A stretch of 63,991 nucleotides of DNA, counting the filler, from Phoronis australis (taxonomy: Eukaryota > Animalia > Phoronida): the NCBI GenBank assembly GCA_002633005.1. It is 6 parts of 6 records of this genome, joined end to end, with 100 filler letters (N's around TTAATTAATTAA, not from the genome) between each part and the next. Parts side by side here need not be neighbours in the genome. Positions count along the whole stretch, not along the records: positions 1 to 13,458 come from NMRA01001171.1; 5 more parts are not named here. One strand, written 5' to 3'. This document shows, piece by piece, positions 1 to 11,167 of this stretch. The position numbers and the translations under genes are program-made. The notes under the pieces are model-generated. The model did no database searches. It was not told the DNA's origin and saw only the letters and a list, made by a program, of their open reading frames with translations. The stretch's first letter is position 1. Every line of letters begins with the position of its first letter.

Positions 1-3000
1 GCCAGCGCAGACCAGTGGAGGCCAGCACAGACCAGTGGAGGCCAGCGGAAGCCAGTGCAGACCAGTGCAGACCAGTGGTGGCGAGTGGAGATCAGTGGTG
101 GCCAATTGAGGCCAGTGGAGGCCTGTGGAGGGCAGTGGAGGCGACTGAAGGCTAGTAGAAATCACTGGAGTCTATTGGTGGCCAGAAAAGGCCAGTGGAG
201 GCTGTTAAAGGTCAGTGGAGGACCGTGGAACCAGTGGAGAGCTTTGGAGGCCAGTGGAGGCCAGTGGAGATCAGTGGGGGCTGTTGGAGACCTGTGGGGG
301 CCGGTGGAGGCCAGTAAACGCCAGTGTAGGCCTATGGAAGCCAGTGGAGGCGAGTGGAGGGGAGTGGAGGCCAGTGGAGACCAGTGGAAACCAGCAGAAG
401 AAGTGGAAACTGGAGGCCACTGGCGGATACCGGCGGCCAGTGGAGGCCGGTGGAGGCCATTGGAAGTCAGTCGAGGCCAGTGGAAAGGAGTGGAGTCCAG
501 CGCAGGCCTGTGGAGGCCACTGGAGGCCAGTAGAGACCATTAGAGGCCAGTTTAGGCCAGTGAAGGCCCGTGGTGGCCAGTGGAGTCCAGTGGACACCAT
601 TGGGAGCCAGTGGAGGCCCAGGAGGACCGTGGAGGANACAGTAGAGGCCAGTGATGACCATTGGAGGCCAGTGAAAGACGGTAGAGGCATCTAGAGGGCA
701 GTGATGGCCAGTGGAGACCCATGGAAGCCAGCAGAGGCCACAGGGGGTCAGCAAAGGCCAGCGGATTTCACTGTAGACCAGTGGAGGCCAGTGGAGGCCG
801 CTGGATATCCCTGGAGGCCTGTGAGGGCCAGTGAAGGAAATTGGAAGATAGTGGAGGCCACTGTTGACCAGCGGAGGACAGTCGATGCCTGTGGACTTCA
901 GTGGAAGCCAGTGGAGAACAGTGGAGTCCGTTGGAGGCCGGTGGAGGTCAATGTAGGTCAACGTAGGCCAGTTGAGGAGAGCGGAGGCCAGTAGACGTCA
1001 GAAAAGACAGCTTAAGACAGCGGATTCCAGTAGAGTCCAGCAAATGTGGGCGCAGGCCGGCGGAGGCCAAGGAGCCCAGTGTATGCTACTGGAGCCAAGT
1101 GGAGGCCAGTGGAGGCCAGCGGAGGCCAGCGGAGGCCAGTTGAGGCCGGCAAAGGCAAGCAGAGGTCAGCAAAAGGCAGCGGAAGACGGCGGAAGCCAGT
1201 GGAGTNCCAGTGGAGGCGAGTGGAGACCAGTGGTGGCCAATTGATGCCAGTGGAGGCCTGTGGAGGGCAGTGGAGGCCACTGAAGGCCAGTAGAAATCAC
1301 TGGAGTCTATTGGTGGCCAGTAAAGGCCAGTGGAGGCCGTTAAAGGTCAGTGGAGGACCGTGGAACCTGTGGAGAGCTTTGGAGGCCAGTGGAGGCCAGT
1401 GGAGACCAGTGGGGGCTGTTGGAGACCTGTGGGGGCCGGTGGATGCTAGTAAACGCCAGTGGAGGCCTATGGAAGCCAGTGGAGGTGAGTGGAGGTGAGT
1501 GGAGGCCATTGGGACCAGTGGAAACCAGCAGAAGAAGTGTAGGACACTGGAGGCCACTGGCGACTACCGGAGGCCAGTGGAGGCCGGTGGAGGCCATTGG
1601 AAGTCAGTGGAGGCCAGTGGAAAGGAGTGAAGTCCAGCGCAGGCCTGTGGAGGCCACTGGAGGCCAGTAGAGACCATTAGAGGCCAGTTTAGACCAATGA
1701 AGGCCCGTGGTGGCCAGTGGAGTCCAGTGGACACCATTGGGAGCCAGTGGAGGCCCAGGAGGACCGTGGAGGACAGTAGAGGCCAGTGATGACCATTGGA
1801 GGCCAGTGAAAGACGGTAGAGGCATCTAGAGGGCAGTGACGGCCAGTGGAGACCCATGGAAGCCAGCAGAGGCCACAGGGGGTCAGCAAAGGCCAGCGGA
1901 TTTCACTGTAGACCAGTGGAGGCCAGTGGAGGCCGCTGGACATCCGTGGAGGCCTGTGAGGGCCAGTGTAGGAAATTGGAAGAGAGTGGAGGCCACTGTT
2001 GACCAGCGGAGGACAGTCGATGCCTGTGGACTTCAGTGGAAGCCAGTGGAGAACAGTGGAGTCCGTTGAAGGCCGGTGGAGGTCAGCTTAGGTCAACGTA
2101 GGCCAGTTGAGGCCAGCGGAGGCCAGTAGACGTCAGGAAAAGACAGCTTAAGACAGCGGATTCCAGTAAAGTCCAACAAATGTAAGCGCAGGCCGGCGGA
2201 GGCCAAGGAGCCCAGTGTATGCTACTGGAGCCAAGTGGAACCCAGTTGAGGCCGGCAAAGGCAAGCAGAGGTCAGCAAAAGGCAGCGGAAGACGGTGGAA
2301 GCCAGTAGAGTCGGGAGGATGTAGGCGGAGGCCAGGGGATTCCACTTGAGCCCAGTGTAGGCTACTGGAGGTCATTGGAAGCCAGTGGAGGCCAGTGGAG
2401 GCCAGTGGAGGCCAGTGGAGGCCAGTGGAGGCCAGTGGAGGACAAAGGAGGCCTGTATGGGCCACTGAAGGCCAGTGGAAATCACTGGAGTCCATTGGAG
2501 GCCATTAGAGGCCAGTGGAGGCCGTTAAAGGTCAGTCAAGGACATTGGACCCAGTGGAGGGCCTTAGAGGCCCTTGGAGGCCAGTGGAGGGCATTGGAGA
2601 CCAGTGAGGCCATAGGAGGACAGTGGAGGCCAGCGGATGCCAGTGAGGATAAGCGGAGTCCAGCGAAGGTCAGCGGATGCCAGCAGAGGACAATGGAGGC
2701 CAGTGGAGGCCAGAGGACGCCAGCGGTGGCCAGAAAAGGCCAGCGGAGGCCAGCGGAAGGCAGCAGAGGCCAGCGGAGGCCAGCGGAGGCCAGCGGAGGC
2801 CAGCGGAGGCCAGCGGAGGCCAGCGGAGGCCAGCGGAGGCCAGNNNNNNNNNNNNNNNNNNNNNNNNNNNNNNNNNNNNNNNNNNNNNNNNNNNNNNNNN
2901 NNNNNNNNNNNNNNNNNNNNNNNNNNNNNNNNNNNNNNNNNNNNNNNNNNNNNNNNNNNNNNNNNNNNNNNNNNNNNNNNNNNNNNNNNNNNNNNNNNNN

Positions 3001-6000
3001 NNNNNNNNNNNNNNNNNNNNNNNNNNNNNNNNNNNNNNNNNNNNNNNNNNNNNNNNNNNNNNNNNNNNNNNNNNNNNNNNNNNNNNNNNNNNNNNNNNNN
3101 NNNNNNNNNNNNNNNNNNNNNNNNNNNNNNNNNNNNNNNNNNNNNNNNNNNNNNNNNNNNNNNNNNNNNNNNNNNNNNNNNNNNNNNNNNNNNNNNNNNN
3201 NNNNNNNNNNNNNNNNNNNNNNNNNNNNNNNNNNNNNNNNNNNNNNNNNNNNNNNNNNNNNNNNNNNNNNNNNNNNNNNNNNNNNNNNNNNNNNNNNNNN
3301 NNNNNNNNNNNNNNNNNNNNNNNNNNNNNNNNNNNNNNNNNNNNNNNNNNNNNNNNNNNNNNNNNNNNNNNNNNNNNNNNNNNNNNNNNNNNNNNNNNNN
3401 NNNNNNNNNNNNNNNNNNNNNNNNNNNNNNNNNNNNNNNNNNNNNNNNNNNNNNNNNNNNNNNNNNNNNNNNNNNNNNNNNNNNNNNNNNNNNNNNNNNN
3501 NNNNNNNNNNNNNNNNNNNNNNNNNNNNNNNNNNNNNNNNNNNNNNNNNNNNNNNNNNNNNNNNNNNNNNNNNNNNNNNNNNNNNNNNNNNNNNNNNNNN
3601 NNNNNNNNNNNNNNNNNNNNNNNNNNNNNNNNNNNNNNNNNNNNNNNNNNNNNNNNNNNNNNNNNNNNNNNNNNNNNNNNNNNNNNNNNNNNNNNNNNNN
3701 NNNNNNNNNNNNNNNNNNNNNNNNNAGTGGAGGCCAGTGGAGACCAGTGGAAACCAGCAGAAGAAGTGGAGGACTCTGGAGGCCACTGGCGGCTACCGGA
3801 GGCCAGTGAAGGCCGGTGGAGGCCATTGGAAAATAGTGGAGGCCAGTGGAAAGGAGTGGAGTCCAGCGCAGGCCTGTGGAGGCCACTGGAGGCCAGTAGA
3901 GACCATTAGAGGCCAGTTTAGGCCAATGAAGGCCCGTGGTGGCCAGTGGAGTACAGTGGACACCATTGGGAGCCAGTGGAGGCCCAGGAGGACCGTGGAG
4001 GACAGTAGAGGCCAGTGATGACCATTGGAGGCCAGTGAAAGACGGTAGAGGCATCTAGTGGGCAGTGATGGCCAGTGGAGACCAATGGAAGCCAGCAGAA
4101 GCCACAGGGGGTCAGCAAAGGCCAGCGGATTTCACTGTAGACCAGTGGAGGCCAGTGGAGGCCGCTGGATATCCCTGGAGGCCTGTGAGGGCCAGTGTAG
4201 GAAATTGGAAGAGAGTGGACGCCACTGTTGACCAGCGGAGGACAGTCGATGCCTGTGGACTTCAGTGGAAGCCAGTGGAGAACAGTGGAGTCCGTTGGAG
4301 GCCGGTGGAGGTCAGCGCAGGTCAACGTAGGCCAGTTGAGGCCAGCGGAGGCCAGTAGACGTCAGGAAAAGACAGCTTAAGACAGCGGATTCCAGTAGAG
4401 TCCAGCAAATGTAGGCGCAGGCCGGCGGAGGCCAAGGAGCCCAGTGTATGCTACTGGAGCCAAGTGGAGGACAGTGGAGGCCAGCGCAGGTCAGCAAAAG
4501 GCAGCGGAAGACGGCGGAAGCCAGTGGAGTCGGGAGGATGTAGGCGGAGGCCAGGGGATTCCACTTGAGCCCAGTGTAGGCTACTGGAGGTCACTGGAAG
4601 CAAGTGGAGGCCAGGGGATGCCAGCGGAGGTCTACATAGGCCAAGGAGGCCAGCGGATGTAGGCGAAGGACGGCGGAGGCCACGGGAGCCCAGTGGAGGG
4701 TACGTGAAGCCACTGTCGACCAGTGGAGGCCACTGGAGGCCAGTGCAGGCCAGCGAATGTTTGCAGAGGACATTGGAGGCCAGTGGAGGCCAGTGGAGGC
4801 CAGTGGAGGACACCGGAGGCCTGTATGGGCCACTGAAGGCCAGTGGAAATCACTGGAGTCCATTGGAGGCCATTAGAGGCCAGTGGAGGCCGTTAAAGGT
4901 CAGTCGAGGACATTGGACCCAGTGGAGGGCCTTAGAGGCCCTTGGAGGCCAGTGGTGGCCATTGGAGACCAGAGGGGGCAAGTGGAGGCCAGTGCAACCT
5001 AGTGGAGGCCAGTGAACGCCAGTGGTGTCCATTGGATGCTACAGGAACCCAGTGGAGGCGAGTGGAGGCGATTGGAGTCGAGTGGAGGCCAGCGGAAGAA
5101 GTGGAGGCCACTGGAGGCCGGTGGAGGCTAGCGGAGGCCAATAGAGGCCAGTGGAGGCCAGTGGATGTCAGCGGCGGAGGTCCGTGGACACCTGTGGAGG
5201 CCAGTGGAAGAGAGTGGAATCCAATGGAAGCCTGTGAAGGCCACTGGAGGCCATTAGAGACCAGTACAGGCCACTGGAGGCCAATGAAGGCCAGTGGTGG
5301 TCAGTGGAGTCTAGTGGAGACCAGTGGAGGTCACTGGAGGCCCAGTGGCGGTCAGTGGTAAGAGTATAGGCCAGTGGAGGCCAGTGGGGGCCAGTAAAGG
5401 CCAGTGGAGGCCAGTGGATTCCAGTGGAGGCCAGTGGAGGCCAATGGAGAATTATATAGGCCTCTGAAGGCCAGTGGGTATCACTGGAGTCCATTGGAGG
5501 CCAGTAGAGTTCAGTGGAGGCTGTTAAAGACCAGTGGAGGCCGTTAAAGACCAGTGGAGGACAGTGGACACAGTGGAGGACTTTGGAGGCCCGTGGAGAT
5601 CAGTGGAGGCCAGTGGAGAACAGTGGAGGCCAGTGGAAAGGAGTGGAGCCGAGTGGAGGCCAGTGGAGTCCAGTGGAGGCCAGTGGAGTCCAGTGGAGGC
5701 CAGTGGACTACAGTGGAAGCCTCTCGTGGCCAGTAGAGGACAGTGGTGAGCAGTGGACGCCATTGGAGAAAAGTGGGGGCACGTGGAGGCCAGTGGAAAC
5801 TACTGGAGGTCAGTGGATAACAGTGGATGCCAGTGGAGGCCTCTTAAGGCCAGTGGAGGCCGGTGGAGGCGTGTGGAAGCCAGTGGAGGCGTTTGGAGGC
5901 GAGTGGAGGCCAATGTATCCGCTGGAGTGGGGTAAAGGGCAGTGGAGACCACTGGCGGCCCGTGCAGGCTGGTGAAGACCGTTGGAGTCCAGCGGAGGAC

Positions 6001-6930
6001 GGTGGAGGCCAGTGGAAGGGAATGGAGGCCTCTGAAAGTCACTCGAGGCCAGTGGATGCCAGAGGAAGCGAGTGGGGGCCCAATGGACACCTGTGGAATC
6101 AAGTAGACGCCAGCGGACGCCAGTGAAGGCCAGTAAAGGCCAGTTTAAACATGTAGAAGCCTGTGGAAGCCAGTGAAGTCCAGAGGAAACCAGTGGAGAC
6201 CGTGTTCATCCGTAGAGGCCAATAGGGGCTAGTGGAGGGCAGATGAAACGAGTGAAGGTCATTGGAGGCCAGTGGAGGCCAGTGGAGGCCACTGGAGCCC
6301 AGTGGGGGCTACTGGAAGCCACTGGAGGACAGTGTAGGCCAGTGGAGTCCTGCGGAGGACAGATGAGGTCAGCGGAGGCTAGCGGAGGATACTGGAGGCC
6401 ACTTAGAGGCGACGGGATGCTCGTGGAGGCCAGTGGAGTCCAGTGGAATTCAGTGGAGGCCAGAGGAGGCCAGTGGACGCCAGTGGAGGCCAGTGGTGGA
6501 CAGTGGAAGCCACTGGATGCTAGTGGAAGCCAGTAAAGGCCAGTGGAGAAGAGTGGAGTTCAGTGGAGATCGGTGAAGACCATTGGAGACCAGTGGAGTC
6601 AAGTGGAGGCTAGTGGACTCAAGTGGAGGCCAGTGGAGGCCAGTGGAGTCCATTTGAGGCCGGTGGAGGGCAGCGTAGGCCAGCGGAAGCCAGTTGAGGA
6701 CAGCGGAGACCAGTGGAGGTCAGCAAAGGCAGCGGAAGCCAGCGGAGACCAGTGGAGGCCACGGGAGCCTAGTGTAGGTTATTGGAGGCCACTGGAGACC
6801 AGTGGAAGCAATTGGAGTCCAGTGGACGCCAGTGTAGGCCAGTAGAGGTCAGTGGAGGCCAGTGGTGGCTTGTGGAGGCCTGTGAAAACCATTGAAGGCC
6901 AGTGGAGTCCAGTAGATGCCAGCGGAGGCC
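1..6930. repeat. 10-bp satellite (CCAGTGGAGG / CCAGCGGAGG)n, degenerate, with higher-order repeats; N gap at 2844-3725
   Basis: Continuous 10-bp periodicity with a GGCC core. Pure runs at 2383-2440 (CCAGTGGAGG) and about 2765-2843 (CCAGCGGAGG). The overlapping six-frame ORFs (WRPVEASGGQ / LASTGLHWPP) are translations of the repeat. Confidence 0.97.
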
Positions 6931-7641
6931 TTTTTATTTACTGCGAGAGGGTCAGAGGGCGAAGGAATGGAAGGGCATCGATTTTAACGGTTGGATTTTC
7001 GGCGATAGACGTTTCAATTGAGGAGGCGGAATCTCAGGAAAATTCGCGGTTTTTCGGAGTAGGACAATGTCGTGCAAATGTTTGCGCCGATTTACAAAAT
7101 TCAACCGTTGAAAGTTGAGTTTTTCTCTTTGTCTACTGAGGGAGGACCAAAGGAGCAAGGAATGGAAAGGCATTGGTTTTTAACGGTTGAATTTCCGCTA
7201 ATAGACGTTTCAAGTGAGGAGGCGGAATCTCCGGAACTTCGCGGTTTTTCGGGGCAGGGCAAAGTCGTGCAAAGTTTTGTGCCGATTGACGAAAACGCAA
7301 CCGTTGGAAGTCGAGTTCTGGTTTTTATTTTTATCAAGCGAGGGAGGGCCAGAGGACCTAGGAATGGAAGGGAATCGATATCTAACCGTTGGATTTCCGG
7401 CAATAGACGTTTCAATTGAGGAAGTGGAATCTCCGGAAAATTCGCGGTTTCTCGGGGTACGGAAAAGTCGTGCAAAGTCTTGCGTCGATTGACGATAACT
7501 CAACCATTCGAGTCGGGTTTTTTTTTTGTCTACTGAGGGAGGGCCAAAGGACCTAGGGATGGAACAACGTCGACTTTTAACGGTTGGATTTCCGGCAATA
7601 GACGTTTCAATTGAGGAGGCGGAATCTCCGGAAAATTCGCG
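6931..7641. repeat. ~197-bp tandem repeat, about 3.6 copies, embedded in the 10-bp satellite
   Basis: The anchor ATAGACGTTTCAA recurs at 7005, 7201, 7403 and 7598 (spacings 196, 202, 195), each followed by GAGGA(G/A)G(C/T)GGAATCTC. Unrelated to the 10-mer. Confidence 0.92.
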
Positions 7642-8866
7642 ATCCGTGGTAGCCAATGAAGTCCAATGGAAACCAGTGGAGACCCGTGTTCGCGCAGAGG
7701 CCAATGGAGGCGAGTGGACGGCACAAAAAGCAAGTAAAGGCCATTGGAGGCCAGTGTAGCCAAGTGGAGGCCAGTCCAGGACAGTGGAGGAAACTGGAGG
7801 CCGGTAAATTCCAGAGAAGTCTACCGAAGACCACTGGAGGCCAGCTAAGACCAGCGGAGGCTAGCGGAGGCCAGTGGAGGCCAGTGGAGGCAAGTGGAGG
7901 CCAGTGGAGGACGCTGGAGGCTATTTAGGGCGAGTAGTAGCGGATGGAGTATTGTGGAGGCCAGTGGAGGCCAGTGGCAGCATTGGAGGCCTGTGGAGGC
8001 CTAGGAGGACCGTGGAGGACAGTAGAGGCCAGTGATGGCCAGTGGAGGCCACTGAAAGCCTGCGGAGGCAAGGAGAGGGCAGTGATGGCTAATGGAGACC
8101 ATTGGAGGCCAGCAGAGCCCAGCGAGGGTCAGCAAAGGCCAGCGGAGGTCACTGTAGGCCAGTGGAAGCCGCTGGAGGTCCCTGGAGGAAAGTGGAGGCC
8201 AGTTTAGGCCAGTGGAGGCCAGTTGAGGCCAGCGGAGGCTAGTGGATATCAGCAGAGGGCAGCGGAAGCCAGCGGAGGACAATGGAGTACAGCAGCTGTA
8301 GGCGGAGGCCAGCGGAGGCCGTCACGGGAGCCCTGTGGAGGCTACTGGAGGTCACTCGAGGCCAGTGGATGCCAGAGGAAGCGAGTGGGGCCAATGGACA
8401 CCTGTGGAGGCAAGTAGACGCCAGTGGACGCCAGTGAAGGCCAGTGAGACCAGTGGAGACAAGTAGAAGCCTGTGGAAGCCAGTGAAGTCCAGAGGAAAC
8501 CAGTGGAGACCGTGTTCATCCGTGGAGGCCAATAGGGGCTAGTGGAGGGCAGTAGAAACGAGCGAAGGTCATTGGAGGCCAGTGGGGGCTACTGAAAGCC
8601 ACAGGAGGCCAGTGGAGGCCACTGGAGCCCAGTGGGGGCTACTGGAAGCCACTGGAGGCCAGTGGAGGCCAGCGGAGGCCAGATGAGGTCAGCGGAGGCT
8701 AGCGGAGGATACTGGAGGCCACTTAGAGGCGACGGGAGGCTCGTGGAGGCCAGTGGAGGCCAGCGGAGACCTGTGGAGGCCAGTGGATGCCAGTAGAAGC
8801 GAGTGGAGTCCAATGGAGACCAGTGGAGGCAAGTAGACGCCAGTGGAGGCTAGTGGAGACCAGTGA
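7642..8866. repeat. 10-bp satellite, second block
   Basis: Same 10-mer. 8351-8760 is a near copy of 6038-6450. Confidence 0.95.
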
Positions 8867-9989
8867 AAATGTCGAGTGTTCGTAGCTGATAAAAATATTT
8901 GCAGCATAGTGTACTTTTTCACAGGCGTTCGAATCGCATACGAGAGAACCCTGGTGACAACTTATAGAGAGAGAAATAAGACAGATGTTGATAAACATAC
9001 TGAGTTTATTATACGCTAAATGTAAAATACAAAGCTATACAAACTTACAACACATCATTACCTTCCGTCGTCATTGTGCCCTCACTAGGTTTGGAACGGT
9101 TCCCAAATCGCCTAAGTCAGTTCCCCAAGTTGAGTAATGAAATGTTTGTAAATTAAAGTGAAAGCTAAAAGTCGAGAAGTTGAGACTCTAACCCGTTAGT
9201 AGTAATACCCAATAGAGTTAAAAAGTTGAGATTTTTACCAGATAGAAACGAAACCCGGTAGAATCCGAAGTTTGAGCGTGAGGTGCCCATTTTTAAAGGC
9301 GTATTCGCACTGCGAATGTTCCAAGTTGCGCTAAATTAGAGGACTCAAGTTAAACGTAAAAACCAATCAAAATACAAAGTGAAAATTTCGCCATCGGAAG
9401 TGCCAAATAAGGAATTGACCATCTTAAACCCCTTTAAAATATACGGGCAAATCACAATTAAGGTCCATATTCGGTGGCCACTTTTGGTGAAAAATGAAGG
9501 TTGTAACATAACTGTAAAAGCTAATTTATTATAAAGTACCATCATTCCAGGTTTATAATCTAAAATATTTTTGCACAAGAACCACCAAATAAAATTTTAT
9601 GGCCTAATGCATCGCAGTTGTATGTAAGGTTACGAACACTACAACTTGCGGTCATAGCCCGCTTCTATCATGCAAAAATTCATAAGGTAGCTGTTAATTT
9701 AATAGGTTTTTGATCAAATTGAAGAAGTATCACATACTAAAGTAAAAAAAATATTACCGTGCTGATCAAGTTCCTCTAAATGATCATTACATTGCTTATC
9801 TTAACAAAGTATAGTGAGAACTTCTTCTCTTGCAATATTATCCTTACAAAAGAAAAATGATAAGTATCTACTTTTTTCAAAAACTTTATTGGTGCTTTTT
9901 GCCTAGTTTTCAACACATTCACCAGTTGGTCAAAATATTTAAAGCAATGCTAGGCCCAGTACTCAACTTCTAAACAATAAAAAAGGTAC

Positions 9990-11077
9990 TGGTTGGGAGG
10001 TACGTGCACTACGCACAGTCAATCAATGTCAAATTTTGACTAAGTTACAAGTGTATGGGATGATCTCGAGTTTTGTGCTGTCTCTACTAGATGTTTTGTT
10101 GCAAGTTGTCTTGAGAAACAAAGAACCTGACTCTGCAACATCAGTTGTCACATGACGTGTCTTCCAGGATGTTACTAGCCAAGTCCTGTGCTGCATTTTA
10201 TTGCCCACAAATTTGTTAATGTGCCATGATTGTTTTTCATTGTTTTATTTTTGTCAGACTGGATGCATTTTGGAAACATCAGAATTGTTCATGAGAATAG
10301 CAGTATTTAAGAATACTTGTCAGCAATACTTTATGGCACAGAGGTTGAATGTACGTACACTACACAGGGGTACGTACACTACATTTTAATGACTTGTCAG
10401 GTCTAGGTTTATAAAAAATACTTAGGATCTACTGAAAGTTAGTTCATATACCAAATCTACTCAAAGAGAACAAATAAAAGGTACAGCATACATATAATAA
10501 TGCATATATGTCTGTCATTCTTTGAAAACAAGCACACTGTCTGTGACAAATATTGCTTACTTACCGTGTAATATTTTTGTTTCATGGTATTTGTTCACAT
10601 CGGGGTACGTACACTAAACAGGGGTACGTTTAATACATTTTAATGACGTGTCAGGTTTGTAACTAAATACTAAGAATGTACCGAGAGTTAGTCGATTTAC
10701 TAAATCAATACAAAGAGAAAAAAATTAAAAGCACAGCATTCATGTGCATATCTGCCATACTTTTAAAACAGGCACAAATTAAAATATAGGGATACGTACA
10801 CTACACGAATGCCAATATTTCACTCAAAACAAATGTATTTGCAATAAACATCCTTTTAACCTAACAAATTTAAGAAAGGAAACTGTCTATGACCAATGTT
10901 GCTCACTTACCAGGTGATATTTGGCCATTTATTTTTCTTTGATGATAATAAGCATGTTGTTATTTAAAAGGTAACAATTTCATTTGCAATGACCATTTGT
11001 GTTACTGAATTCCACATGGGGGTACGTACACTACATTTTTTTAGCTTTTTTGGCCCGTTTTGAACATAGCAGAACCC
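9990..11077. mobile_element. Probable DNA transposon end/remnant with a repeated GGGGTACGTACACTAC motif, within the AT-rich interruption of the satellite
   Basis: Motif variants near 9998, 10351, 10367, 10602, 10621, 10789 and 11019. 10350-10560 and 10600-10790 are diverged direct copies. No matching left terminus found. Confidence 0.45.
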
Positions 11078-11167
11078 AGTCAATATCCAAACTTTTGGTT
11101 TGTTTAGATATTGAATAATTTGCTGTGTTGCCCAGGCTAACATGTTCTTCAGCTCTTCTTCCTTTTC

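Noticed and set aside
1-8866. CRISPR-like or Chi-like reading of the regular repeats
   Set aside because: No unique spacers, no cas genes and a spliceosomal-intron eukaryotic context; resemblance to GCTGGTGG is superficial.
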